A DNA stretch of 64,000 bases. Origin: an uncultured Gammaproteobacteria bacterium (GTDB lineage Bacteria > Patescibacteriota > Microgenomatia > PFEM01 > JAPLYW01). The notes beneath the pieces are model-generated. The model was not told the origin of the DNA and did no database searches. It saw only the letters and a list, made by a program, of their open reading frames with translations. Both the position numbers and the translations under genes were made by a program. The stretch spans positions 539,925 to 603,924 of the forward strand of contig OZ246397.1 of NCBI GenBank assembly GCA_965230945.1, given 5' to 3'. This document shows, in pieces, positions 44,786 to 55,429 of the stretch; position 1 is the stretch's first letter; each line of letters begins with the position of its first letter.

Positions 44786-45985
44786 GTTTTTGATTGTTAC
44801 CTCTTTTTTCTTAATTTCGTTAGGTCCCAAGATGACAACAAAAGGAATATTTTTTCTATCAGCATATTTTAGCTGTTTTTCTAATTTGTCAGGAGAAAGA
44901 TAAAATTCGGTTTTAAGACCTGCTTTTTGCAGTTTTAGGACAACATCTAAGCAGTTCTTGTATAGGGATTTATCAAAAAGAGTTACCAAAACTTGGCTTG
45001 AGCTTGCTTTTTCCTTAGGCAGTTTGTTTAGATTTTCTAAGAGTTCAAGAATGACAGCATCACCAGCAGCAAAGCCGATCCCCGAAAGTTCTTTTTGCCC
45101 GCCAATAATCTCTAAAAGATCGTCATAACGGCCACCGCCTAAAATAGCACGAAATTCTCCTTCTCTATCACGGGCTTCAAAAACAACACCAGTGTAATAA
45201 TCTAACCCTCGTACAATACCAGGATCAAATTCAATATAATCACTAAGCCCGTATTCTTTAAGATTATCAAAAAGATTTTTTAATTCCTCTGATTGACTAA
45301 AGTCTTTTTCTTGGAGGATGTTTGTGAGATCTTTAATTTGTTTATCGTTAAGACCAGTTTCTTTAAGGTATTCCTGCCAGTCTTTTTCTTTCATTTTGTC
45401 TTGGCGGTCAATGGCCCTGAAGACATCGTTTGTTTTTTCCTTGGAAATGTTTAATGATTTTAGTTTTTCCTCTAGAAATTTACGGCTATTTATTTTAACA
45501 ACGACTTCTTTTGGGGATAAACCAATTGCTTTTAAAAATTCACAAGCGATGGCGATAATTTCTGCATCGGCTTGACTATTATTAATGCCAATTAAATCTA
45601 TATCCCATTGTAGAAATTCTCTAAATCTTCCTTTTTGAGGTTTTTCGTATCGCCAGCGAGGACCAATAGAGAACCAGCGCAGAGGGAAAGTAAGTTCTTG
45701 AGATTTATTGCTGACCATACGGGCTAGGGTAGGGGTAAGTTCTGGTCTCAAAGCTAATGTTTTACCACTTCTGTCTTTTAAAAAGAAGGTTTGCTTTTCA
45801 ACTAATTCCTTACCTGATTTGGCCGCATAAAGAGCTAAAGGTTCAACTGACGGCCCTTCGTATTGCTGATAGCCATAACGTTGCCCAACCTCTTCCATTT
45901 TCTTAATCAGCCAATTACGGATGGCCATCTCTTCTGGATAAAAGTCTCTAAAGCCTTTTGGTGGTTGCAAATTTGGCTTTGCCAT
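44714..45985 (-). CDS. hisS: Histidyl-tRNA synthetase
   Basis: PKGFRDFYPEE N-terminus, class II motifs, C-terminal anticodon-binding domain; its 3' end overlaps the mutase 3' end by about 70 nt (convergent). Confidence 0.9.
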   Translation of the reverse strand: MAKPNLQPPKGFRDFYPEEMAIRNWLIKKMEEVGQRYGYQQYEGPSVEPLALYAAKSGKELVEKQTFFLKDRSGKTLALRPELTPTLARMVSNKSQELTFPLRWFSIGPRWRYEKPQKGRFREFLQWDIDLIGINNSQADAEIIAIACEFLKAIGLSPKEVVVKINSRKFLEEKLKSLNISKEKTNDVFRAIDRQDKMKEKDWQEYLKETGLNDKQIKDLTNILQEKDFSQSEELKNLFDNLKEYGLSDYIEFDPGIVRGLDYYTGVVFEARDREGEFRAILGGGRYDDLLEIIGGQKELSGIGFAAGDAVILELLENLNKLPKEKASSSQVLVTLFDKSLYKNCLDVVLKLQKAGLKTEFYLSPDKLEKQLKYADRKNIPFVVILGPNEIKKKEVTIKNLLTREQSTVSLDKIDQFLLGLVK

Positions 45986-46030
45986 AGCCTCTATTTTATC
46001 AGGATTTTTAGAGTAATGCCATTAATTACT

Positions 46031-46786
46031 TTATTCGGTGGTGAATGAAGAAGGAGTAGAAGTCTTTTCTTCTTCTCTTTCGGCGATAGCCAAAATGACA
46101 CTAGCAGTAATTATTTTATGTTCGTTTTCAGTAGGCTCACCGATGACTACAAGACGATCGTTTTTTTCGAAATCAGTAAATTTAGCTTTACTGGCCTTGC
46201 CCTCTTTGGTTTTTCTAGTAAGTCTAGTTTTGCTGGTGATCTCGACAGTGTAGATAATTTCTTTCCTTTCATTTTTAATGGTGATAACTTTCTCTTCACT
46301 AGAGATATCGGTGATTTTACCAACGATAGCTTGTTTACCAGTTGGTTTTGGTTTTTCATCGACAACTAAACGAGTTGTTTCTAGCTTGGCTTCTTCGTTG
46401 ATATAGCCCATGGCAATGACAAAGAGGTTCTTTTTAAGATCTTCAAATTTAATTTTTTTACCACTTTGGCCGAAAATAGCGGCATCAGTGGCCACCTTAA
46501 TCTCTTTTTCACCTTCGTTAGTTTCTAGGGTGAGGGTTAAGTCACCAATGTCAGTAATTTCTCCACCAAAGCCACGTTTCTTACCTTGTTCCTTTTCCTC
46601 GAGAATGCCTTTGACCTTTTTTTGAACTTCTTCTCTAATTGCTTTAACGTTTTCTTCATCAGCAGTAGTTTCGGGAGTTGGTGTTATTCCTTCTTCATCA
46701 GCAATAACAAAGTTAGTTAAGAATAAGCTGAAAATACCTAAGACAAAAAGAATAAGTGTTGTTTTTATAATAGTTTGTTTTTTCAT
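46031..46786 (-). CDS. hypothetical secreted protein
   Basis: Signal/TM then an acidic T/E-rich linker; 251 aa. Confidence 0.4.
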   Translation of the reverse strand: MKKQTIIKTTLILFVLGIFSLFLTNFVIADEEGITPTPETTADEENVKAIREEVQKKVKGILEEKEQGKKRGFGGEITDIGDLTLTLETNEGEKEIKVATDAAIFGQSGKKIKFEDLKKNLFVIAMGYINEEAKLETTRLVVDEKPKPTGKQAIVGKITDISSEEKVITIKNERKEIIYTVEITSKTRLTRKTKEGKASKAKFTDFEKNDRLVVIGEPTENEHKIITASVILAIAEREEEKTSTPSSFTTE

Positions 46787-47220
46787 TAGATTTTAGCTGT
46801 TGAATAAATAATATTTAAAATTTTACTAGCCTCATTGCTTTGGTCATCGTAAACAGAAATTTGAATTTCATTAGCACCACCAACTAAGGAAATTTCTACT
46901 TCAAATTTACCTTCTTCGTCGGCTTCTGTGATTTCTTCACCTTCTTGATAAATGACACTTACTATCGCCAAAGGGAAAGTTTCTCCCAAGATGGTGATTT
47001 TTTCTTTATCGCTTATAGAATTATTTTCAGGGTCGCTGATTTTTAAGAGAAGTTTTTCTTCTTGGTCTTCTTTTACAACAGAAACTCCTGTTTCTTCAGG
47101 GGCTGGTTTTGCTTCCTGAAGAGTGGTCTTTAGAGATTTATTGGCAGTCCAAATTCCAAAGGTAATGATTAATCCGAGGATGAACCCTATAAGAATAGCA
47201 ATGAGGATCTCTTTTTTCAT
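46786..47220 (-). CDS. hypothetical membrane-anchored protein
   Basis: N-terminal TM, 144 aa; start overlaps the downstream gene. Confidence 0.4.
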   Translation of the reverse strand: MKKEILIAILIGFILGLIITFGIWTANKSLKTTLQEAKPAPEETGVSVVKEDQEEKLLLKISDPENNSISDKEKITILGETFPLAIVSVIYQEGEEITEADEEGKFEVEISLVGGANEIQISVYDDQSNEASKILNIIYSTAKI

Positions 47221-47293
47221 CGTTAATCACAGCAATATAACTTAAAATTGAACTCTTGTCAAGGGGATGGTCAAGTGATAAACTAAGAAAATC

Positions 47294-47920
47294 ATGGAGA
47301 TTAAATACTTCGGTAATTCTTGCTTTCGTATTAAAGGAAAAGATATTGTTTTGACAACAAACCCCTTTAACGCTTCTTTAGGGATTAAGATTCCCAAGAT
47401 TGAGACAGATATTGTTCTTTTTTCTTCTTCTTTAGAAAATAAGAAAGATCTTGGTGTTATTAAGGGGGCTTTAAATAGAAAAGAGCCTTTTGTTATTAAT
47501 GAGCCAGGGGAGTATGAAGTTGGTGGTGCTTTTATTTTAGGAATACCTTTTGGTAAAAAGACTATTTATATTATTACCATTGATGGCATACGTTTAGTTT
47601 TCTTGGGTCAAATAAAAGATAAGTTGTCTGATAAGGAACTAGAGGAAGTAGATGGGGTTGATATCTTGTTTTTACCAGTAGGGGGTAAACCAGTAATTTC
47701 CGAAAAACAAGCCGCTTCCATTGTAGAAAATGTACAACCAAGGATTGTCATCCCTATGTCTTATAAAGTGACAAATTTAAATATAGATTTTGCCTCTGTC
47801 GATGAGTTTTTAAAGCAAATCGGATCAGAAGGACTAAGACCGATTGATAAGTTATTAATTTCTAAAGAAGAACTGCCTTTAGAAAAAGAGGTGATCCTTT
47901 TGGATGCCAAGAAAAACTAG
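47294..47920 (+). CDS. MBL-fold metallo-hydrolase-like protein
   Basis: MEIKYFGNSCFRIKGKDIVLTTNPF N-terminus, typical of the UPF0173/MBL fold. Confidence 0.5.
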   Translation: MEIKYFGNSCFRIKGKDIVLTTNPFNASLGIKIPKIETDIVLFSSSLENKKDLGVIKGALNRKEPFVINEPGEYEVGGAFILGIPFGKKTIYIITIDGIRLVFLGQIKDKLSDKELEEVDGVDILFLPVGGKPVISEKQAASIVENVQPRIVIPMSYKVTNLNIDFASVDEFLKQIGSEGLRPIDKLLISKEELPLEKEVILLDAKKN

Positions 47921-49226
47921 AGTTCCTCCCCATAGCGAAGAAGCAGAAACAAGTATCTTGGGAGCTATTTTGATTGATAAAGATGCTATTGTTAATGTGG
48001 CTGAGTTTTTACGCTCGGAACACTTTTATAATCCCCAAAATGGCTTTATCTATCAGGCTTTATTAGATCTCTATGAAGAGAGACAGCCGATCGACATTGT
48101 TACTCTAAAGGAAAAGTTAAAATTGTCAGGAGACTTAACTAAGGCTGGCGGTTCTGGATACATCACTGAATTGGTGAACTCTGTGCCGACAGCGGCTCAT
48201 GTCGAGCAGTACGCCAAAATTGTCAAAGACCACTATATTAAGAGAGAATTAATTTCTTCAGCCAGTAAGATTGTTGAAGAGGCTTTTGATGAGAAACAAC
48301 AAGCTACAGATGTCTTAGATACTGCCGAGCAGTCAGTCTTTGGTCTTTCTCAAAAACATTTGAGGAGAGGCTTTATCCCTGTTAAAGAAGCCTTGGCGGA
48401 ATCTTTTGACAGACTGGATGAGCTTCATAAACAAGCGGGAGGGTTAAGAGGAGTTCCCAGTGGTTTTAAGGATCTAGATAATGCCTTAGCTGGAATGCAG
48501 GATTCTAATCTTTTGATTTTAGCGGCTCGTCCAGGAATCGGGAAGACAGCCCTAGCTTTAAATATTGCTCAACATGTGGCTGCAAAAGAGAACATGCCGG
48601 TGGGGTTTTTTTCCTTGGAGATGAGTAAGGAGGAGTTAGTAGACCGTTTATTGGTGTCTCAGGCTGATATTGATGCTTGGAAATTAAAAACGGGTCGTTT
48701 AGAAGGAGATGATTTTACTAAGCTTTCTGAAGCCATGGGAGTTTTGGCTGAAGCCCCTCTCTACATTGATGATACTCCAGCCCTATCAGTCTTAGAAATG
48801 AGAACCAAAGCGAGAAGATTAATGTCTGACTACAATCTAAGACTTCTAGTCGTTGACTATTTACAGCTTATGAAAAGTATAAGGGAAAGAGAAAATCGTG
48901 TTCAGGAAGTTACTGAAATTTCTCAAGGATTAAAAAATTTAGCTAAGGAATTAAAGATCCCCATTTTGGCTTGCTCTCAATTATCCAGGGCTGTTGAACA
49001 GAGGGGAAGAAAGAGACCACAATTAGCAGATCTTCGAGAATCCGGTGCAATTGAGCAGGATGCAGACGTGGTTATGTTTCTTTGGCGAGAAGATGATGAC
49101 GATATTGAGAATATTGAATTAGAGATAGCCAAGCATAGAAACGGTCCTTTAAGAAGAATTAGACTTAGATTTAGAGGTAACAGAATTAAGTTTTATGGTG
49201 TAGAAGCTAAAAGAGGGAAAGAGTAG
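47904..49226 (+). CDS. dnaB: Replicative DNA helicase DnaB
   Basis: N-terminal domain, Walker A ARPGIGKTA, Walker B LLVVDYLQLM, RecA fold. Confidence 0.9.
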   Translation: MPRKTRVPPHSEEAETSILGAILIDKDAIVNVAEFLRSEHFYNPQNGFIYQALLDLYEERQPIDIVTLKEKLKLSGDLTKAGGSGYITELVNSVPTAAHVEQYAKIVKDHYIKRELISSASKIVEEAFDEKQQATDVLDTAEQSVFGLSQKHLRRGFIPVKEALAESFDRLDELHKQAGGLRGVPSGFKDLDNALAGMQDSNLLILAARPGIGKTALALNIAQHVAAKENMPVGFFSLEMSKEELVDRLLVSQADIDAWKLKTGRLEGDDFTKLSEAMGVLAEAPLYIDDTPALSVLEMRTKARRLMSDYNLRLLVVDYLQLMKSIRERENRVQEVTEISQGLKNLAKELKIPILACSQLSRAVEQRGRKRPQLADLRESGAIEQDADVVMFLWREDDDDIENIELEIAKHRNGPLRRIRLRFRGNRIKFYGVEAKRGKE

Positions 49227-49303
49227 TTTTTTTCTTGGTGTGGAAATTTAAAGCCAAAGTAGTTCGAACTTCGTCCACGAGGGGGAGGAGTGAGTTGTTT
49301 TAG

Positions 49304-49390
49304 TGCCGTGGGTCGGAGTCGAACCGACACGAGCTTTAAAGGCTCACAGGTTTTTGAGACCTGCGCGTCTACCAGTTCCGCCACCACGGC
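49304..49390 (-). tRNA. tRNA-Leu (anticodon CAA), class II with a long variable arm
   Basis: RC gives GCCGTGG-TG-GCGG-AACTGGTAGA-CGC-G-CAGGT-CTCAAAA-ACCTG-TGAGCCTTTAAAGCTCG-TGTCGG-TTCGACT-CCGAC-CCACGGC-A; canonical GG in the D-loop and TTCGA in the T-loop; no encoded CCA. Confidence 0.8.
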
Positions 49391-49452
49391 ATAGGTTGAT
49401 TTTATCATTTATCCACTTGTGATTCAATTAATTTTCTTTTAAAATTTCTGTT

Positions 49453-50013
49453 ATGATTCCGGTTACTGATTTGCGAACAGGTAAAGCTTTTGAAGTTGAT
49501 GGTGTTCCTTATGTGGTTATTAAATACAAACACACTAAAATGGGGCGGGGGACAGCCAATATTAAAGTAAAGGTAAGGAATTTGGAAAATGGTTCGGTAA
49601 GGGAAAAGACTTTTATCTCTGGGGCTAGAGTTGAACCCATAGAGACCCAGATAAGGAGTCTCCAATATCTCTATCAAGAGGGAGATGATTTTTATTTTAT
49701 GGATCCTAAAGACTTTAGTCAGTTTAGCTTGTCTAAAAAGATATTATCTGGGAAAGAAAAGTTTTTAAAAGAAGGGCAGGAGTTTAAAATTTTATTTTGG
49801 AATGACAAGGCTTTAGGCTTGGAATTGCCTAACTTTATGGTTTTTAAGATTAAAGAAACCCCGCCAGGGGTTAAAGGAGATTCGGCGACTGCTTCTTTCA
49901 AACAAGCCCTTTTAGATAATGGTTTATCTTTAAATGTGCCTTTGTTTATTAATGTAAATGATAAGGTTAAAGTGGATACGAGAACTGGTGAATATATGGA
50001 AAGAGTGAGTTAA
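49453..50013 (+). CDS. efp: Elongation factor P
   Basis: 186 aa; KxKxGRG loop (KHTKMGRGTANIKVK). Confidence 0.9.
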   Translation: MIPVTDLRTGKAFEVDGVPYVVIKYKHTKMGRGTANIKVKVRNLENGSVREKTFISGARVEPIETQIRSLQYLYQEGDDFYFMDPKDFSQFSLSKKILSGKEKFLKEGQEFKILFWNDKALGLELPNFMVFKIKETPPGVKGDSATASFKQALLDNGLSLNVPLFINVNDKVKVDTRTGEYMERVS

Positions 50014-50453
50014 CGAAAAAAGATAAAGGCGATTATTAGAACGATTTGAGGAATAAGTCCCCAAGGAAGTCTGCTTCTGTTATGCATAATCTCGGTATGG
50101 AATTTTTCTAAGACGTTTAAGGGAAAAGGTCTAAAGTTGAAAAAAAGAGAGGGAAATTCTAAAATATCCGGTGCAATCCCTAAAAGAACTCCCCACCAAA
50201 GAATAGGTAAGAATGATTTACCAGATTGAAAGAAGTAAAAGACTAAAAGGGCAGCAATGGCAAGGTCAATAATAGTCAGAAAAGAAGCTCTTCTTTTAGT
50301 TTTCTCACCGGTGGTCAAACCAGTACCAGTGTCCCAATGAGGAAGAAGATCAAGTAGATAGTGAAAGATAACTACTAAAGGTAGGCTAATGTAAGGAGGG
50401 GATACTTTTGTGACTATTAAAGCAGAAGCTAGTGAGTGTGTGGTTGCTAACAT
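50010..50453 (-). CDS. membrane protein, possibly a DUF457/YdjM-like metal-dependent hydrolase
   Basis: 4 TM helices; FHYLLDLLPHWD His/Asp motif. Confidence 0.35.
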   Translation of the reverse strand: MLATTHSLASALIVTKVSPPYISLPLVVIFHYLLDLLPHWDTGTGLTTGEKTKRRASFLTIIDLAIAALLVFYFFQSGKSFLPILWWGVLLGIAPDILEFPSLFFNFRPFPLNVLEKFHTEIMHNRSRLPWGLIPQIVLIIAFIFFR

Positions 50454-50500
50454 AGCAGGTAAGAAAAATTATACTATGCTATAATTGAGGCTGTCAAGAT

Positions 50501-51295
50501 ATGTTGTCAATAATCTTTTCATCAGGGCCGCTAACGGTTTATACTCTAGGCTTTTTAATGACGGTGGGTGTTTTTTTGGAAAGCTTTATTATCTGGCGGC
50601 GTTTAAAGGATTTGGGTTTAAAAGAGGAAAAAGTTTTAGATTTTATTATCATTACTCTTTTGCTTGGTTTTATCTTGGCCAGGTTTTTATTTATAATACA
50701 AAATTTCCCTAATTTTGGTTTTTCTTTTCCTCGTTGGTTACTTTTTATACGTTATCCTGGTTTTTCTTTTTGGGGTTGGATTTTAGGATTGATTATTTCT
50801 CTTCGTTGGTTTGCTAAAAAGGAGAAATGGGATCTTTTTAGAGTGGCTGATGAGGTTACCTTTGGGGCTTTACCCTTTTTAATTTTAATGCAGTTAGGCC
50901 AGTTTTTAGATGGCTCTGGTTTTGGCCGCTTCACCAATATGCCTTGGGGGATTTATTCATCAGGTAGTCTTTTAAAACGCCATCCTCTTTCTTTGTTTGC
51001 GGCCATTTTGCTTTTGCTTATTTGGTTTTTGTTAATTAAGGCCGAAAGGCATTGGCGGACCTGGGATTGGTATAAAAACAAAGAGAGTGGTTTTATAAGC
51101 CTTTCCGCTTTAACCTTGATCTTATTCTATAATATCCCACTTGCATTTTTAAATGATTCTAAGGTATACTTCTACTGGCTGGGGATAGGAATTACCATAG
51201 TGTTTTTTCTTATTAGTACTGCCTTTTTTTATGCCCGATCAGGACACAGTTCAAAAAATATTTTTGCTAAGAAAAATGTCGAAAAAGAAAATTAA
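50501..51295 (+). CDS. lgt: Prolipoprotein diacylglyceryl transferase-like
   Basis: Polytopic membrane protein; GQFLDGSGFGRFTNMPWG resembles the Lgt signature GRLGNFINGELWG. Confidence 0.55.
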   Translation: MLSIIFSSGPLTVYTLGFLMTVGVFLESFIIWRRLKDLGLKEEKVLDFIIITLLLGFILARFLFIIQNFPNFGFSFPRWLLFIRYPGFSFWGWILGLIISLRWFAKKEKWDLFRVADEVTFGALPFLILMQLGQFLDGSGFGRFTNMPWGIYSSGSLLKRHPLSLFAAILLLLIWFLLIKAERHWRTWDWYKNKESGFISLSALTLILFYNIPLAFLNDSKVYFYWLGIGITIVFFLISTAFFYARSGHSSKNIFAKKNVEKEN

Positions 51296-51686
51296 TCAAA
51301 AGAAAATTAGTACGGCTAAAAAAATTGTCGGCTTTCCTTTTAAGCTTTTAAAGCCGGTTTATAGCTTTCTTTCACAAGAAATTGCTAGGCTGGAGAGAAA
51401 GAGGAGAGATATTGCTAGTCGCGATCCCTTTAACGATACGAGACGAGTGGTTGATAATGCTTCTTCTGACACTGATGTCATTGAACAAACAGGTCATGAA
51501 AGAACCAAAGCTTTAGAGAAACAGATTAGTCGTAAAGTGGTGCAAATGAAAAAAGCTTTATCAAGAATAAAAATCGGTCGTTATGGTCTTTGTGAGAAAT
51601 GTAACCAGATGATTGATACCGATAGATTAACAGTTATGCCAGAGGCGACGCTTTGTGTTAAATGCGAGAAAAAACGAGAAGAATGA
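51276..51686 (+). CDS. DksA/TraR-family C4 zinc-finger protein
   Basis: C-terminal CEKCNQMIDTDRLTVMPEATLCVKCEKK; internal ATG at 51276 avoids overlap with lgt. Confidence 0.65.
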   Translation: MSKKKINQKKISTAKKIVGFPFKLLKPVYSFLSQEIARLERKRRDIASRDPFNDTRRVVDNASSDTDVIEQTGHERTKALEKQISRKVVQMKKALSRIKIGRYGLCEKCNQMIDTDRLTVMPEATLCVKCEKKREE

Positions 51687-51749
51687 TTTATTTTCTTCAG
51701 TGTTAGATGATTAATTGATTTCTCCCTTTAGGGAGATTTCTATTTTAAA

Positions 51750-52499
51750 ATGAAAGACTTAAAACCCCAAATCATTTTCGAAGATGAAAGTTTGTTAGTC
51801 TTAAACAAACCAGCTGGTATGGTAGTCAATCGTTCAGAAACTACCAAAGGTAAAGAAACGGTCCAAGATTGGATAAAAGAGAAAATCGCTTTTAGGAAAT
51901 TAAAAGAGAGGACGGTTAATCCTCATCTTAAGGATTTTTATGGACGCTTAGGAATTGTCCATCGTTTAGATAAAGAAACCAGCGGCTTGCTTTTGGTCGC
52001 CAAGACTTTTAAGGTCTTTAAGGATTTACAAGCTCAGTTTAAAAAAAGAAAAGTTAAGAAAAAATATTTAGCTTTAGTTCATGGTCAGGTTCAACCTCAG
52101 GAGGGGGTAATTGAGGTTTCTATTTCTCGTAGCCCTTTTGATCGAAAAAAATTTGGGGTTTTTTTAAAAGGTAAGCCTTCTAAAACTAAATACAAGGTTT
52201 TAGATTCTTTTCAAAGCCCCTTAGGCAAGTTTAGTTTACTAGAATTAATACCCAAAACTGGCAGAACTCATCAAATAAGGGTTCATCTTAAATTCTTGGG
52301 CTATCCGATTGTTGCTGATGAGAGATACGCCGGGCGTAAAAGATCAAGGAAGGATCGTCTTTACTGTCCTCGTCATTTTTTACATGCTTCTTATCTTTCT
52401 TTTATTCATCCTCAATCTGGAAAAAAAATGGAGTTTCGTTTGCAATTGCCTTCCGATCTTCAAGTTGCTATGATTAAATCAGGACTTTCTAAAAAGTAA
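51750..52499 (+). CDS. RluA-family pseudouridine synthase
   Basis: Catalytic-Asp motif HRLDKETSGLLLVAKT. Confidence 0.8.
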   Translation: MKDLKPQIIFEDESLLVLNKPAGMVVNRSETTKGKETVQDWIKEKIAFRKLKERTVNPHLKDFYGRLGIVHRLDKETSGLLLVAKTFKVFKDLQAQFKKRKVKKKYLALVHGQVQPQEGVIEVSISRSPFDRKKFGVFLKGKPSKTKYKVLDSFQSPLGKFSLLELIPKTGRTHQIRVHLKFLGYPIVADERYAGRKRSRKDRLYCPRHFLHASYLSFIHPQSGKKMEFRLQLPSDLQVAMIKSGLSKK

Positions 52500-52522
52500 T
52501 TTTTTAGTAATATTATAACAAG

Positions 52523-54238
52523 ATGAACGCTGATTTTATCTTAATAGGTTGGCTAGGAGTTGTTTTAGCTATGGCTTTTTTAGGCGGATTTCTGGCCAGA
52601 AAAGCTAAGCAACCAGCTGTAGTTGGTTATCTTTTGGTAGGGGTTTTTATAAGTCTTTTTACTTCAAAGCTTTTTCCAGCTAAGAATCTTTTATCTTTTT
52701 TAGCAGAGATGGGCGTGGCCTTGTTAATGTTTACCTTAGGATTGGAGCTTTCTTTAGATTATCTTAGGCGTGTTAAGATGGTGGCTATCTGGGGGGCCTT
52801 AGTTCAAATTTTACTAATTATTGTCCTTTCTATTTTTATTCTGCCTTTGTTTGGTTTTGACTTTTACTCTTCTTTGTTTATGGGAGCAGCTTTTTCCTTA
52901 TCTTCTACCGCCATTGTCGTTAAGATTTTGTCAGAAAAGGGTAGTATTGATACTTTGCCTGGGGAGATTATGCTAGGTTGGCTTTTGGTTCAAGATCTGG
53001 CGGTTTTGCCGATGCTAGTTATTCTGCCTGCTATTGCCGGTAATGGGGGAGGTTTTGGTCTCCTGGCTCTTAATATTTTGAAGGTTTTTGCTGTTTTGAT
53101 AGGAGTCTTATTATTAGGCAGGAAATTAGTGCCTAAATTTATTAACTGGGTTTCTAATTTTAGTTCCCGTGAGTTACTTTTAATCGCCGTTTTTTCCCTT
53201 TGCTTATTAACGGCCATTTTTACTTCAGCATTGGGCTTGTCTTTGGCCATGGGGGCTTTTTTGGCAGGTTTAATAATTTCTAAGAGTTCTGAAAACCATG
53301 CTATCTTTTCTGAGATAAGGCCGCTACGAGATGTTTTTTCTATCGTCTTTTTTGTTTCTTTGGGAATGTTTTTAAACCCTTACTTTTTGGCCTCTAATAT
53401 CTTAATGATCTTATTAATCAGTATCTTAATTGTCTTATTTAAGATGATTATCATCATGGGTTTGGTTTTATATTTAGGTTATCATGCCAAAACATCAATT
53501 TTAGTAGGCATGGGGTTGGTTCAGGTGGGTGAGTTTGCCTTTATTCTTTCTCGAGTCGGTTTAAGTCAAAACCTTATCAATGAGAATGTTTATTCAATTA
53601 TTTTATCGGTGGCTTTGTTAACTATTTTAATTACTCCTTGGTTTATCTCTGCTGCTCCCAGGTTTTACTTTTTCTTGCAAAAAGCTAGTAAACGTTTCCC
53701 TAGGATTTACGAACATTTATTTGCTAAAGTTGATAGGTTTGAGAAGGAAGGGGGATTGGAATTAGAAGATCATGTTGTTATTTGTGGTTATGGTCGGGTG
53801 GGAAGTTGGCTAGCTCGAGCCTTGCAGCTTTTAAATGTTCCTTATGTGGTTATTGATTATAATCACCGCATCATTATGAAACTTAAAAAGCAGGGAGTAG
53901 AAGCTTTATATGGTGATCCGGCTGACATTGATGTTTTGCAATTTGCTCAGGTTAGAAAAGCTAAGATTGTCGTCATGGCGATTCCTGATCAGGCCACCCA
54001 AGAAATTATCATTGCCAATTGTCAAACATTAAATTCCAGTATTAAAGTTATCTCTAGAATCCATCAAAAGGAAGCATTTTCTAGATTAAAAACATTAGGA
54101 GTAACCTGTTTTATCCAGCCTGAGTTTGAGGCGGCTTTGTCTATTATTCATCGGGTTTTGCAGTTTTTAGGGGTCAATAAAGAAGAAATTCCAGGTAAGA
54201 TTAAGAGAATTAAAATAGAGCATGGCATGTTTAAATAG
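52523..54238 (+). CDS. Monovalent cation:proton antiporter-2 (Kef-type) with a C-terminal RCK/TrkA-N domain
   Basis: About 12 TM helices then a Rossmann VICGYGRVGSWLARAL. Confidence 0.8.
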   Translation: MNADFILIGWLGVVLAMAFLGGFLARKAKQPAVVGYLLVGVFISLFTSKLFPAKNLLSFLAEMGVALLMFTLGLELSLDYLRRVKMVAIWGALVQILLIIVLSIFILPLFGFDFYSSLFMGAAFSLSSTAIVVKILSEKGSIDTLPGEIMLGWLLVQDLAVLPMLVILPAIAGNGGGFGLLALNILKVFAVLIGVLLLGRKLVPKFINWVSNFSSRELLLIAVFSLCLLTAIFTSALGLSLAMGAFLAGLIISKSSENHAIFSEIRPLRDVFSIVFFVSLGMFLNPYFLASNILMILLISILIVLFKMIIIMGLVLYLGYHAKTSILVGMGLVQVGEFAFILSRVGLSQNLINENVYSIILSVALLTILITPWFISAAPRFYFFLQKASKRFPRIYEHLFAKVDRFEKEGGLELEDHVVICGYGRVGSWLARALQLLNVPYVVIDYNHRIIMKLKKQGVEALYGDPADIDVLQFAQVRKAKIVVMAIPDQATQEIIIANCQTLNSSIKVISRIHQKEAFSRLKTLGVTCFIQPEFEAALSIIHRVLQFLGVNKEEIPGKIKRIKIEHGMFK

Positions 54239-54298
54239 AGATTAAAGATGATATTTTATTTTAATTGAGTTTCCGTCAGGAAATTTTTTGTTTTAAAA

Positions 54299-55429
54299 AT
54301 GAAAGACTTTTTTGAAGTTTTAAAAAAAGATAAAAAAACTAAGGCTAAAAGAGGTAGGTTAAATACAGCTCATGGCCAGATTTTAACCCCAGCCTTTGTG
54401 CCGGTAGGAAGTCAAGCGACAGTGAAGAGCCTAAGTTCAGAAGATTTAAAAGAGATTGGTACTCAGGTATTGTTTGTTAATACTTACCATTTATATTTAA
54501 GACCGAAGGTAGATTTGATTAGAAAGCTTGGTGGCTTACATCGTTTTATGAATTGGTCAGGGCCAATTATGAGTGACAGTGGAGGCTTTCAGGTTTTTTC
54601 TCTAGGAAGATTAGAAAATCAAGTCAAAATAGATTATTATGGGGTCACTTTTTATTCTCATCTTGATGGTTCTAAGCATTATTTTACCCCCAAAAAATCA
54701 ATTGCAATCCAAAAAAAATTAGGAGCAGATATGATGGTTGCTTTTGACGAATGCCCTCCTTACCCGGTGGAGCATGATTATGCCAAGTTGGCTATGGAAA
54801 GGACTCATCGTTGGGCCAAGCAGAGTTTAAGAGCGGCCGAAAGTAGGTCTCATCAATTTCTTTTTGGTGTTATTCAAGGGGGTGTTTTTCAGGATTTAAG
54901 GATAGCTTCGACGAAGTTTATCTCTTCTCTACCTTTTGATGGGTTGGCTATTGGTGGGGTGGCTGTTGGTGAGTCAAAAAAGGAAATGCTTCAGGTATTA
55001 GATTGGGTGATGCCGGTTTTATCTTCTTTAAAAAGTTTTAAAAAGCCAGTTCATCTTTTAGGAGTAGGGGAGGTGGATGATGTTTTTAAAGCCGTAGAAA
55101 GAGGAGTTGATATGATGGACTGTGTTATGCCGACTCGTTTGGGCAGGATGGGCCATATTCTTTCCAAAAAAGCCAAAGATTTTAAATATGATGTTACCAA
55201 GGTAAAATTTGCCGATGATTTGAGACCCTTAGATGAAAATTGTCATTGTTTTGTTTGTCAGAATTACTTTCGGGCTTATCTTCATCATTTGTTTAGATCC
55301 AAAGAACTTTTAGCTTACCGTTTGGCTACTTATCATAATCTCTACTTTATGGAAGACCTTTTTGCTAGAATAAGAGAGGCGATCAAAAATGATTGTTTTA
55401 AAGAATTAAAAAGAGAATGGCTAAAATAA
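54299..55429 (+). CDS. tgt: Queuine tRNA-ribosyltransferase
   Basis: Catalytic Asp motifs (SDSGGFQ, VAFDEC) and the zinc site CHCFVCQNY...H. Confidence 0.9.
   Translation: MKDFFEVLKKDKKTKAKRGRLNTAHGQILTPAFVPVGSQATVKSLSSEDLKEIGTQVLFVNTYHLYLRPKVDLIRKLGGLHRFMNWSGPIMSDSGGFQVFSLGRLENQVKIDYYGVTFYSHLDGSKHYFTPKKSIAIQKKLGADMMVAFDECPPYPVEHDYAKLAMERTHRWAKQSLRAAESRSHQFLFGVIQGGVFQDLRIASTKFISSLPFDGLAIGGVAVGESKKEMLQVLDWVMPVLSSLKSFKKPVHLLGVGEVDDVFKAVERGVDMMDCVMPTRLGRMGHILSKKAKDFKYDVTKVKFADDLRPLDENCHCFVCQNYFRAYLHHLFRSKELLAYRLATYHNLYFMEDLFARIREAIKNDCFKELKREWLK

Noticed and set aside
49193-49677. minus-strand ORFs 49193..49408 and 49405..49677
   Set aside because: The first overlaps the tRNA-Leu(CAA) gene and the second is antisense to efp's 5' region. 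Both are artefacts.
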